From Felis catus (Eukaryota): DNA of 64,000 nt. Shown here piece after piece: positions 38,508-51,212 of the stretch; the stretch's first letter is position 1, and every line of letters begins with the position of its first letter. Position numbers and translations under genes: made by a program. Under the pieces are notes generated by a model. The model saw only the letters and a list, made by a program, of their open reading frames with translations. It made no database searches and was not told where the DNA came from. Where the stretch lies: assembly GCF_018350175.1 (NCBI RefSeq), contig NC_058368.1:141920001-141984000 (forward strand), written 5' to 3'.

Positions 38508-39222
38508 CTGAAAACAAGTTAAAAGGAGGTCAAGCATATCAACAGATTATACATCCTAGGCAGCACGCCTGATTTAGAGTAAAAGATAAGTGGCTATAAT
38601 ATGCTAACACAGAAAAAGTTATTGTAGTTCCAGATACTATGATGGGCTGATGGCTTTGGCACTATTTTGAGATAGGCAGGCCTTCTGTCCCACTTCAAGC
38701 CCTACCACATAAGTAATATTAAAAATTTCTTTTACAGATACTAAGGCATGTAAATAAAAATGTGAAGATAATGCAAAAAGAAACACAATCTTGAATTTTT
38801 AAATGAAAACAGGCAGGTAATTTTAGTAGTCTATGATAAAAGAACAGTGTAACAGAATCAGAATGATTTTGGGAATTTAAGTCTGCTAATGTAGACAACA
38901 ATTCTTTATGGCAGAATTTATATATATAAACTGACTCAATGTGGCAAAGAACCCTTGTATGCTACAGATATGTAAGAGTGCCAGAGAAAAACGTACACAT
39001 GATAATTAAATGTGGATAACAAGCAGAAGTCATTTGTGAGGATAATGGTTGGGAAAGAGCAAACTTTTAAAATATTTGTAAAATTAAAAGGTCAGATCTG
39101 CATTGGACTTGTTTAGAGAAGAAAGTGTTCAAAGACTATGAATCCAATTATTTGCATTTTAATAAAAAAGATGCGATGGTATCATATGCAAACTGAGGTA
39201 ATATATTGAGAAAATTACTTAC

Positions 39223-39329
39223 GGTAATGACTGATGAAGTAGTTGACAAATTTAAACCTTCAAGATCAGCTATCAAGCTTGGAGAAAGAGCTGGTGTGGG
39301 AAGTGCGACTGGAGTGGATACTGGGTTAA
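39223..39329 (-). CDS. AP3B1: AP-3 beta-3A coding exon (107 nt; probably exon 22), distal hinge
   Basis: Translates (F)NPVSTPVALPTPALSPSLIADLEGLNLSTTSSVIT; acceptor ttttcttctAG at 39330-39331; donor ACC|GTAAGT; phase 1 in, phase 0 out, matching the flanking exons. Confidence 0.96.
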
Positions 39330-40022
39330 CTAGAAGAAAAGGCCCAAATTAGCAAATGTGCATGAAGATTTAATTCATATTATCAAAAGCAACATTTTTA
39401 TTTTGTTAGTAAATCTAATTAAATTACTTTGATTAATAAATCTATGACAATTCTATTTAACATCTTGATCCAGTTAAGTTTATTATCAAGTCATGGCAGT
39501 TATTAGTCTTAGCTTTCAGAACCTAATGGCAAATCCTGAAACAAAATAAAGATACAAATACCCTGAACAAAAGTTTTTGAAAATTTTTATCACATAACAT
39601 TATCACTAACATTTATCACCCAGTAACTTCACTTAAAAAAAAAAAAGGTAAAGCAACATTTTTTCAGCTAAAAAATAACAACAGCTTTTCAAGAGTTCTC
39701 CAATAGAGTTAGAAGTCTTAAGAGGCTATTTTTAAACCCTTTCTCTATTTTTTTTTTTTTTCCACTGTAATAATTACAGGGGCCCAAGCCACCTAACTCC
39801 CTTCTAATTAGACTTTGTCAGCAAAAACCATGTACTAGATAGGAATTTTTTTTATTCTAAAACTACTATGTATGTGAGATCAGGTGTCTGAAAATTTGAA
39901 AATCTTTGAAAAAATGCCAATCTCATTCTCCCTGGCTTAAGACTCTTCAAAGGCTCACAACTGCCTATAAGGTAAAACTCCAACTCTTTGATTAGATGCA
40001 CAAAGTTCTCTGTGATCCAGCT

Positions 40023-40218
40023 CGGCACTGTCCAATAGAATTTTCTACGATGATGGAAATGTTCTATAGCTGTGGTGTCCAATATAGTGGCCACTAGCAT
40101 ATATACCTAATGTGTTCTTAAAATATGGCTAGTATGATTAAAGAATTGTATTTCAAATTTTAATTAATTTAAATTAAATAGGTACATGTGGCAGGTAGCC
40201 ATCACACTGGGCAGCATA
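40023..40218 (+). mobile_element. MER3-like hAT-Charlie MITE
   Basis: cactgtccaatagaattttctacgatgatggaaatgttctata...gtccaatatagtggccactagc. Confidence 0.85.
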
Positions 40219-42517
40219 AGACTATCTCCAATTTCATCAGAGACTCCTGCGTTCTAGCCCTACTGATTAATACTCCCCAATATCTTGTTTCATGTCTTTG
40301 AGCTTTCTATATTCTGTTCTTTGCCTAGAAGGTTCTTCTCTGCCTTGTTTACCTTGCAACTTCTACCCATTAAGATACGACTTAGAAGGCAAGCACAACC
40401 TGACTCACATACACACAGCTTCTATGGGCCTTCTTTGTTCTACAGATATACTTGGACGCACATCTATGACTGTACTTCTCTCGAAATACAAATTTGTGTC
40501 TTTTTATTTTTTATGTCTAAAAGTCTACTAACGTATTAATTTTTAGTGTTTAGAAACTGCTTGACTATTGAATGAAAAAAATTAAAATGTGGAAAATGTT
40601 TTAGCTTCCAACAAATTCTCACTCCAAAAGACGACCATGGAGGAAGTAACATTTACTTAATTTGACAGGACTTCTCAAGTCATATTTTTTTCTGTTTTAG
40701 TCTCACAGTAACCTGTAGTTATGCAGAAAAAATAATTATTCATAAAGTTAGGAATAAAAAATGATATTGCCCAAAGAAGAAATTTTCAAAGAAAATCTTA
40801 AATAAAATTTCAACATATAAAATAGAAAAAGCAGAGTGGAGACTGGGTGGAGGAGGGAATGGAGCCCTTGGTTTCCTCCTTATTCTTTTATTGTGTCTGA
40901 AACACTGCTATAAATCCCCAGGCTTCCTCAGACTTATGTTGAAAACCAATGTACAGTTAGCAAGTATAACAGGGAGTTAGGGGAAAAAGAAAGATAAATG
41001 GGGATATGGTGGTACAAGAAGTCTTCATGAACAGGAGGAAATGAAGCCCAGTTTTTAAGTGTGGGCAAGATTTAAATAAGAGCAAAGGAAGAAGCTGGTG
41101 AATTTGTAGGTGAGAAAATATTTTGAACAAGGGCTCAGAAGTGGGAAACTGGAAACCTAACGGGATTATATTTACCCTGTACACCAAAGGGAGCTGCTGT
41201 TAAAAACTACCAAAAAGAAGAATGATATAGGTACTGCTGGATATTAGTATAAAGACAAATGAAAGAAGGAACAGTCAGGTTGGCAGTGGGGAAGAATTAT
41301 AATAGTTTAGGCATGACATGAAAAGGACTAAAGATAACAACAGTTGAGAAGGCAGAAAAAGTACTTATGTTAAAGACGCTGTAAACTGAGGCACAGGAAG
41401 ATTACGTCTTGCCGATGTCATAAGAGAAGTGACTAGAAGAATCACTGGGGCACCAGGAACTGGTTCTCCTATCTTGGATCAAAATATGCTGCCTTTCCAA
41501 AAGATCACTTTTTCTGGTAGGTTCTAAATGTTGGTTCATTTGTTTGTCTGTCCATCCACCATCCATCCAAAATACTAGATGCCCATGTAAGGGAAAAAGA
41601 ATGAATAAGAAATAGCCTCTGATTTCAACTATGGCTTGGCTAAAGACAGAAGAAAAAGACATCAAAACACAGGAGGAAAATTCACCTTAAAGTCGGACTT
41701 AAAAAAAAAAAAAGATAGGGTTTTAGTATCATTTCAGGAGACAGAGGCTCTGGTACTATCGAAATGATTACACAACTATTTACAGGTCTGGCAAGATAAA
41801 AGCTTGCACTGAAAGTTTATCCTAAATTGGATTCTGAGGTTAGTTGACTATCTTAAGTATTTAATTGATGTGTAAGAAAAAAATGATTCTATTAGTTTAA
41901 AAATATATATAACCTGGCATACAAATTAAAACCAGGTATCATTTCTAGCCATCAAATTGGCAAAAGCAATTTTTAAGTATAAAACTCATCATCTGTAAGG
42001 ATATAAGGAATGGGTATTCTCCTACTAATACTGTGTAAGCTGGTACAAGCTTTGGCAATTTTAGACAACAGAATTCTTCAAAGCCTTTGTTCTAGCAATT
42101 CTACTCTTGGGAATTTATCTTAAGGAAACGGTCATGGAGATAATGTAATAATATACTTATGATGATGTGTATTGCTTCATTGATTATGAAGGCAAAAAAA
42201 TGGAAACCAGTTAAATTTCCAACAATAGTAAACCTGTTAAACAGAATTTACTACAATAACATAAAGGATAACCATGCAATCATTAACAATGAAATTGTTA
42301 AAGAATATTTATGGCATGGAAAGGAATGTGTATGATAAACAGAGAAGCAAATGATAAGAGTATCCCTGCAATATCAAAAATCAAGGAGGGAAGGGAAGGG
42401 GAATTGCATATAAAAAGATCTGAACTGGTGTGCCAGAATGTAAACCAAGGGTTTTTGGATTACACATTTATTTTCTTATTTTTAAAACTTCCTGCAAAAC
42501 ACTTTTTTACTAAAGTA

Positions 42518-42844
42518 CAGTTAACCCTTTAACAACACAGGTTTGAACTATGTGGATCCACTTGTGTAGATTTTTTTAAAGATACAGTATAATACTAAAA
42601 GTATATTTTGTCTTCCTTGTGATTTTCTTAATAACACTTTTCTCTAGATTATCCTAAGAATATGGTATATAATAGATATTACATACAAAATATGTGTTAA
42701 CTGACTGTTTATATTATTAGTAAGGCTTCCAGTCAACAGTAGGCTATTAGTAGCTAGGTTTTTGGGGAGTCAAAAGTTAAATGTGGATTTTTGACTGTGT
42801 GTGGGTCAGCACCCCTAAGCCCTGCAAAGTTCAAAGGTCTATTG
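42518..42844 (+). mobile_element. Tigger2-family DNA transposon derivative
   Basis: TA|cagttaaccctttaacaacacaggtttgaact start; caacagtaggctattagtag internal; degenerate right TIR gttcaaaggtctattg. Confidence 0.8.
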
Positions 42845-43009
42845 CATAATTATACAATTATTCTTTTGATCAAAGTTTTGTTTCAAAACTTAAGACTACA
42901 TAAAAGTTTTAGTATATAATGGTTTAACGTGACTGTATTTAACTTGTTAAATGTAATTTGTTGCTGCTGCATCATTTTTACAATCCTCTCCATCATAGGT
43001 AACACCCTA

Positions 43010-43250
43010 TATAATGCATATCATGGTGCCTAGCAGAGCTTTAAGTGTTTTTACATTTATCGGTATATTTAATCCACTTAATATTGCTAAAAAGTATTAC
43101 TATTATCCCAATTTTATATATTAAAGGAATTAAGTACAGACGGAGTAAGTAATTTGTCCAAGGTGACCCAGCTAGTAATTAAAACAACTGGAATTCAAAC
43201 TCAGACACTCCAGCTCCACTGTCCTCTTTGCCACTCCACTCTACTGCCTC
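43010..43250 (-). mobile_element. MIR
   Basis: tattactattatcccaatttta...aagtaatttgtccaaggtgacccagctagtaa. Confidence 0.7.
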
Positions 43251-43927
43251 TACTACAATTTATTCAACAGCATGATATCACAGACCATAAGGTTTAGGTG
43301 AGGCATTATTACTGGTGGCTGATAAAAATTTTAAAAAGACTCCACCGTTAGTTGAAGCAATAGTATAATTACACAGGTTTACATGTCCTATAAAAGAACA
43401 CCAGAGTATGATTGTTGCTTTATGATCATCCCATCAAGATCACATGATATGGGGTACTGAAAGATATCTTCATTTCCAGAAATATAAAATACCCAAGGAA
43501 CTTTTTAAGTGTAATGGGAGAAACAGAGCTCCTTGGGTAGGGACAGTGTTGTATCCATTTAGAATCTCCAGCATGTAGTAGATTACCTAGATCACAGCTG
43601 GCGTTCAATAAATGCTTTTTGAAAGAAGAAACATAAAATTCAGTCTTGTAGTTTTCCTGGTATGCAGTGCATACTGAATACATAACCTCTGTGGATTATG
43701 AGGTTCCTCTTAGATAAAACATAAGGAATGTGTCTGACCCTCCTTCAAAATTTATCTAATTTTCACAGCTGAGAAACTCAAGCTATTGGAGAGTGACATT
43801 TTAGTTTCTGATCAACAAACTGTTTGCCATAGACAATGAGAACTACTATAGGCTAACAAGCAGCATAAATGAAATCAGTATCTTAAGAACCATCATCAAC
43901 AAAGATTTTCTCCCACTGCACTCATCT

Positions 43928-44058
43928 TTTTTTTTTTTTTAAAGTAGGCTTCATGCCCAGTGCAGAGCCCAGTGTGAGGCTTGAACTCACAACCCTGAGA
44001 TCAAGACCCAAGCTGAGATAGAGTCAGATGCTTAACTGACTGAACCACCGGGCAGCCC
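43928..44058 (-). mobile_element. Short CanSINE (old SINEC_b-like)
   Basis: tttaaagtaggcttcatgcccag...gaactcacaaccctgagatcaagacc. Confidence 0.85.
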
Positions 44059-44384
44059 TCCACTTACCTTTACCTCTAAGCTAGGATCACAGTTCTTCCA
44101 CAAGACCTTTATAGCTTTTTAATTCGTCTCCCCCCTCATTTATTCACACTTTGTACCTCTACTGTTCAGGTGTCTGTGCCCCAGACTAGATTTTAGTCTC
44201 TGAAAGAGAATAACTGAATTCTATTTACCCATCCTAGCAAACAAAAAAAGGGTATCCAGCAAAGTACCCTTACACTTAGCAGACAATCTGCAAATGCTTG
44301 CTGAGCTGACTTGTTAAAAAGAGAAGCTCTGATTGTTATTTCCAACAAATGCAAAATAAAAGATTTGTAAAGAAACAGTTCTCA

Positions 44385-44594
44385 GGGGAGCGGCTGGGTG
44401 GCTCAGTCGGTTGGGCATCTGACTTTGGCTCAGTTCATGATCTCGCAGTCCGTGAGGTTCAAGCCCTGCGTCGGGCTCTGCGCTGACAGCTCAGAGCCGA
44501 GAGCCTGTTTCAGGTTCTGTCTCCCTTTCTCTCTGCCCCTCTCCCGCTTACACTCTGTCTCTCAAAAATAAAATTAACACATTAAAAAAAAAAA
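44385..44594 (+). mobile_element. CanSINE
   Basis: TSD aaagaaa(c/t)agttctca. Confidence 0.92.
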
Positions 44595-45379
44595 AAAGAA
44601 ATAGTTCTCAGGTATTAAAAAAAACCCCAGAAATATATCCTATGTTGAGTTAAAATGTAAGTTAGGGTGAAATTTCCTTAAAATTAAAAAACATCTCATG
44701 TTTAAATTCTTAAAACTTAAGTGTTTAAGAAAACTTTTGCTGCTACATATGAAAACATACTTTTAAAAAGAATCAAATAATAAAAACTGTATCGTTTTAC
44801 AGGTTTCAATTTTTCCTTAGCTGCCAGGAAATCCGGAGTGTAATATAAAGTGTATTTTCTGCAGTCCAGTACCTTGTAACATTTACCCTTAATTTCTTCT
44901 TAAATACACTTGACTATTATTCTTCCACAATTTTAAACTTTTTAAATTGTAAAAGTTCCATATTCATGTAAAATGTTCATTGTGGCAGGAAGACATAAAA
45001 TATAAAATAAGTCTCTCTCTCCCCTCTGTTCCTAGTTTAGTCCTATATCTCAAAGGGGCCAGAGCTAACCCTTACTGTTTATTCTGCAGATAGCAGATAT
45101 CTTGCAGATAGCAAGTACAATCATATCTGTGCTCGTGTGCTGGATATAGTTCCTCTTTTACTCTTTTTTTACAGAAGTGGAATTATGATCTACATGTACT
45201 TTTTTTTTTAACTTACAATAATTTGGATATATAATTAGATAATTAGCACACAAGGATTTGCTTCATTTTCGTTAATAAGTTGTATCATCCTACTGGTAGA
45301 TATTTTGACTTTGGATTTCACTGTAATAAATAATGCTGCAATGAAGTTTTTACATATACCTTTGCATGTTTTATTAACT

Positions 45380-45870
45380 TGGCAAATATTTAATGGGTGC
45401 TCACTATCTGCCAGGTGCCATTCTAGGTACTAGGAACACCAGCGAGTAAGAAAGACAAGGTTCCCATTCTCATGGAATTTGTATCCTAGTTGGGCAAGAC
45501 AGACAATAAACAAAGTACTACAAATATTTGCGATAATTTCAGATGGTGAAAAATGCTCTCAAGACAATCAAAGTTGATTCATAAAGCCGTGCAAGAGAAG
45601 GTAACTTTTGATCCGGGATTTGAAAGATAAGATGCAGTCTGCCATAAGAAAATCTAAAGAAGTGTTCTTTGGTAACAGCAGTACGAAGGCCCTTGGCAGG
45701 AATGAGACTGGTATATTTCAGAAATGCAGAGGAGCACAGTAGGTAAGAGGTAGACAGGAGTCAGATCACCTAAAGGTCTTAGACACCTAGAAATATACAT
45801 TTTAACTGCAAAATTAAGCCATTAAATTAAAGTGTCTAAAACAAGAAAGAAGTAGGATCTGATTTTCCTA
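45380..45870 (-). mobile_element. L2 fragment
   Basis: aaatatttaatgggtgctcactatctgccaggtgccattctaggtactagg L2 3' end. Confidence 0.7.
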
Positions 45871-46111
45871 CAAAAGAACTGCTAGTTCAAAGGGTGTGTG
45901 CAATTCAAGTTTTGACAAATACTGCGAAAATGACTCCAAAAGCTTCACCTACTTTTATTCCTATCAAAAACATACGTAGGGTGCCTGTTTCTCCAAACCT
46001 TATCAACACTGGATGCTGCTTTAAAATCTTCGCCAATAGGTAAAAAGTGATATTAACTCATAAATCTTTGCCAATAGTGAAATGATACAAATTTGGGTCG
46101 AACTTTATTTT

Positions 46112-46591
46112 ACTCAGGTGTATATCACAGTGATTGGGTGTTTATACATTAAAGAATAACCCCCACAATAACTCTAGTTACTACCTGCCACTATACAAAG
46201 TTGTTACAACTTTGTTATTATTGACTATATTCCCTATGCTGAACCTTATATCCTTATGACTTATTTATATAACTGTTAAGTTTGTACCTCTTTATCCCCT
46301 TTACCTATTTTGCCTGTCCCCTAAATCCTCCCTACTCTGGGAACTAACACTTTGTTTTCTGACCCTATGAATCTGTTTCTGTATTGTTAATTCATTTGTT
46401 TTGTTTTTTATATTCCACATATAAATGAAGTCATACAGTATTCATCTTTCATTTATTTCACTTAGCATAATAGCCTCTAGGTCCACCCATGTTGTTGCAA
46501 ATGGCAAGATTCCATTCTTTTTTATAGATGAGTAATATGGCTGTGTGTGCATATACACATCATATATACACATACCACATCTCACCATATA

Positions 46592-46625
<34 letters not shown>

Positions 46626-49600
46626 CCACATCTTTGTCCATTTATCTATCAATAGAGAGTTGTCCCCATATCTTGGCTATTGCAAATAATGCTGCAGTGA
46701 ACACAGAGGTACATGTATCTGTAGACAAATAGCCCAGAAGCAGGATTGCTAGATCGCATGGTATTTCTATTTTTAATTTTTTGAGAAATCTCCATACTGT
46801 TTTCCATAGTGGTTGTACCAATTTACATTCCCACCAACAGTGTCTGAGGGTTCCCATGTCTCTACTTTATCAACAATACTTGTTACTTTTTGTCTTTTTG
46901 ATAATAGCTAATCTGAAAAGTATGAAGTAATATCTTATAGTGGGTTTTTTGTTACTGTTGTTCATTTGCTTGTTTTCCTTGAAGCCAATGACTTTATTCT
47001 TTTTTTTTTTAAGTTTTAATTTTAATCATCTGGTACTCATCACAAAGGCACTCCTTAATCCCCATCAACTATTTCACACATCCCCCCACTCACCTCCCCT
47101 GTGGAACCACCTGTTTGTTCTCTATAGTTAAGAGTCTGTTTCTTCATTTGTCTCTCTTTCTTTTCTTCTTTTCTTTCTTTTTTCTTTTTTGGCCTTTGCT
47201 AGCTTGTTTTGTTATTTATTTACATGTTTGTTTTTAAATGTTTATCTGTTTACTTTTGAGAGAGATAGACAGCACAAGCCGGGTAAGGGCAGAGGGAGAA
47301 AGGGAGAGAGAGAATCCCAAGCAGGGTCTGCACCGTCAGCGTAGAGCCTGACATGCGGCTCAAACTCATAGACTGTGAGATTATGACCTGACCGAAATCA
47401 AGAGTTGGCCACTTAACGAACTATAAGCCACCCAGGCACTCCTGTTTTGTTTTTCAAATTCTACATTATGACTGAAAACACATGGTATTTGTCTTTCTCT
47501 GACTGACTTATTTCACTTAGCATTATTCTCTCTAGCTCCATCCATGTCAATGCAAATGGCTAAATTCCATTCTTTTTTATGTCTGAATAATATTCCATTC
47601 ACATCTTCTTTATCCATTCATCAGTCAATGGACATGAGCTGCTTCTATATCTTGACTATTATAAATAATGCTGCTATAAGCACTGGGGTGCATGTATCCC
47701 TTTGAACTACTGTTTTTGTATTCTTTGGCTAAAATAATCAGCAGTGTGACTGCTGGATCGTAGGGTAGTTCTGTTTTTAACTTTTGGAGGAAACTCCACA
47801 CTGTTTTCCACAGTGTTTGCACCAGCTTGTATTCTCACCAACAGTGCACATAGGTTCTTTTTTCCCCACATACTCACCAACGCTTGTTTCTTATGTTTTT
47901 TATTTTAGCCATTCTGACAGGTGTAAGGTGGTATCTCGTTGTAGTTTTGATTTACATTTCCCTAATAAGTGATGATGAACATCTTTTCATATGTCTGTTG
48001 GCCAACTGTATGCCTTCTTTGGAAAAATGTCCATTCAAACCCTCTGCCCATTTTTTAATAAGGTTGTTTCTTTAACACTAAGTTGGGTGCCTTCTTGATA
48101 TATTTTAGGTATCAACCTCTCATTGGATGCATGATTTGCAAATATCTTCTCCCATTCAATAGGATGTCTTTTAGTTTTGTTGATGGTTTCTTTCACTATG
48201 CAAAAGCTTTTTTGTTTGATGTAATCCCACTTATTTATTTTAGCTCTTGTTGCCCTTGTCTGAGGAGACTGTTTCAAAAAACATACCAAGACTATTGTCA
48301 AAGAGCTTCCTGCCTATGTTTTCTTTTAGGAATTTTATGGGTTCAGGTCTTACATTCAAGTCTTAAATCCACTGTGAATTTACTTTGTATATGGTATAAG
48401 ACAATGGTCCAGTTTCATTCTTTAGCACGTAGCTGTACAGTTTTCCCAACAACATTTATTAAAGAGACTGTCTTACCCCATTGTATATTCATGCCTCCTT
48501 TGTCCCAGATTAACTGGCCATATATGTGAGGGTTTATTTCTGGGCTCGATATTTTATTCTATTGGCCTATGTATCTGTTTTCATACCAGCATCACACTAT
48601 TTTGATTACTATAGTTCTATAGTATAGTTTGAAATCAGGGAGTGTGGTACCTCCAAGCTTTGTTCTTTTTCAAGATTGCTTTGGCTATTTGGGGCCCTTT
48701 GTGGTTCCATAAAAATTTTAGGATTCTTTGTTCTAGTTCTGTGAAAAATGTCATTGGTATTTTGATGGGGAGTTTACTTAATCGGCAGATTATTTTTGGT
48801 AGTATGGACATTTTAACACTATAAATTCTTCCAACCCATGAGCATGGTGTATCTTTTTCTTTATTTGGGTCATCTTCAATTGCTTTTACCAATGTCTTAC
48901 AGTTTTCAGAATACAGGTCTTTCAATTCCTAGGATAAATTCATTCCTAGGTATTTTATTCTTTTTGATGCAATCGTAAATGGGATTGCTTTCTTAATTTC
49001 TTTTTTGGACAGTCTGCTATTAGTGTATAGAAATGCAATGAATTTCTATATCCTAATTTCATATCCACTAATTTTACTCAATTCATTTATTAGGTCTAAT
49101 AGTTTTTTGGTGAAGTTTTTAGGGTTTTCTATACATAATATCCTGTCATCTGCAAATAGTTTTACTTATTCCTTTCAAATTTGGATGACTTCTTGTTCCC
49201 CGACTGCTGTGGCTAGGGCTTCCAGTACTATGATGAATAAAAGTGGGAAGAATGGGCATCCTTGTCTTGATCCCATCTTAGAAGAAAAGCTTTAAGCTTT
49301 TCAAAGTTGAATATGTTGTTAGCGGTGGGTTTGTTACATATAGCTTTTTTTATGTTGGGGTACATTCCTTCTATACTCACTTTATTGAGAATTTTTAATC
49401 ATAAATGGATGCTGAATTTTGCCAAATGCTTTTTCAGCATCTATTGAGATGAGCATATGATTTTTATCCTTTTTGTTAATGTGGTGTATCATGTGTACTG
49501 ATTTGCAGATATAAAACCATCCTTGTATCCCATTTGATCATGGTGCATGATCCTTTTAATGTATTGTTGAATTCAGCTTGCTAATATTTTGTTAAGGATT

Positions 49601-49964
49601 TTTGCCTTTATGTTCATTATGGATATTGGCCTGTAATTTTATATTTAGGGTGTTTCTGGTTTTGGTATAAGGGTTATGCTGGCCTCGTAAAGTATGTTTG
49701 GTAGCATTCATTCCTCTTCAATTTTTTGGAATAATTTGAGTACAGATACTAACTCTTGTTTAAATGTTTGGCAGAATTTATTTGTGAAGCCGTCTGGTCC
49801 TGGACTTTCATTTTGTGGAGTTTTAAAATTATTGATTCAATTTCATCACTTGTAATCAGTCCACTTAGATTTTCAATTTCTTCATGATTCTGCCTTAGAA
49901 GGTTGTGTTTCTTGGAATCCACTTCTTTTAGTTTTCCAAGCTTTTTGGAGTATAGTTGTTCATA
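46112..49964 (-). mobile_element. 5'-truncated composite L1 (decayed ORF2 plus two 3' UTRs), sense to AP3B1
   Basis: Fragments of L1 ORF2 in the ORF track ([54 protein letters not shown]); flanking TSD gg.tc.aactttatttt at 46095-46111 and 49965-49981. Confidence 0.92.
47230..47442 (-). mobile_element. CanSINE nested in the L1 3' UTR
   Basis: gagaatcccaagcagggtctgcacc...gccacccaggcactcc, with L1 sequence resuming afterwards. Confidence 0.88.
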
Positions 49965-50839
49965 GGCTCCAACTTTATTTTTACTTTCTTTATGCTAAGT
50001 ATTTCTCTATAATTTCTCTATATTAAGAATTTGCCATGACTACTAAAGATAGGCCAGGTAAACAATATAAATAGAAGAGTCCTATTTATGACAAAATGAG
50101 ACAATCTAAACACATAACTTCCCTTTAGCATGAAAAAACTATAATGCAAAATGACAGTAGTTTAATATTTATAGTATTTTACTTGCTGTTTCTCTTTTTT
50201 CTGTATAAAATCTACACACCAATAAAGTTAGTTAGTTCCATTATCTCTTTCTCGCAATGCAAGGGTATTTAAAAGAAGATGATGAATATACCTTTGCACA
50301 CTTGGGTGAGTATATGAGTAAGATTCTCAATTCTTAGAAGTGGATTTGGTAGGACAAAGATATTGTACAGTTATAATATTGATAAATATAGCAACATCAG
50401 CCTCCAAAATCTTCGTTATCTATTTCTATTCCTACCAAAAGTGTACCAAGTAGAACATCGTGGTGTCTTTTACATTTCCAATTATTTTCCTCATTCTCTA
50501 CTTCCTTAAGTGAGATGTTTCAATCTCTATAATTAACAACGTAGAAGTTGTGAGATATGGATAATTATTTACTAAAGCAAGTATAAATTATTAAAGTAAA
50601 AGATCTTAAAAAGAATTTGGTGTACTTTTATTTGACCAATTATATTGATTCATTTGATATAAAACTGACAACCTGATTAGATGAAAGACACTAATAGAAC
50701 TAATTTCTCAAACTTTCTTGGTCTATTCATCTATAAATCTTTCATAATAGAAGTTAACATATTTTGAGACACATAAAAGGTACTATAAAAGTAAATACTA
50801 CTACTAAACAAAAGAAAAAATGGAAATTTTAATACTTAC

Positions 50840-50912
50840 AATCATCCAGATCTAGAAGTGAAACATCTTTGGTAAGAGGATTTATATTTTGTTTTGTTTT
50901 CTTTTCTTTCTC
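50840..50912 (-). CDS. AP3B1: AP-3 beta-3A coding exon (73 nt; probably exon 21) containing the clathrin box LLDLD
   Basis: Translates EKEKKTKQNINPLTKDVSLLDLDD(F); acceptor tttatAG at 50913-50914; donor GTAAGT; LLDLD codons at 50844-50858. Not in the ORF track, found by reading the sequence. Confidence 0.96.
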
Positions 50913-51163
50913 CTATAAAATAAATAATTTAATTACTACACGTTCTTATAAAAAAATCAATGAAGTAGTTCTTAATGTTTCAAAACAAACAATTTTTCTT
51001 CTGCTTAGTCTTCCAAGAAAAAATCCATCAAATTAAGCTTACTCTATGGTTATATGGACTGTATTTTTTAATCAAAATATTTATTTCAGTTAGCATACAG
51101 TATTTCTTCTCCACCATGCGAACTATTACCTTAGAATAGTCTGTTTAAAGATTATAAAGGTCC

Positions 51164-51165
51164 AA

Positions 51166-51212
<47 letters not shown>
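51164..51212. repeat. (AAAT)n microsatellite flanked by a 13-bp direct repeat
   Basis: agattataaaggt at 51149-51161 and 51217-51229. Confidence 0.9.

Noticed and set aside
46547..49295. Cluster of 60-148 aa ORFs on both strands
   Set aside because: Fragments of decayed L1 ORF2 and its antisense, broken by stops and frameshifts; not an intact reverse transcriptase system
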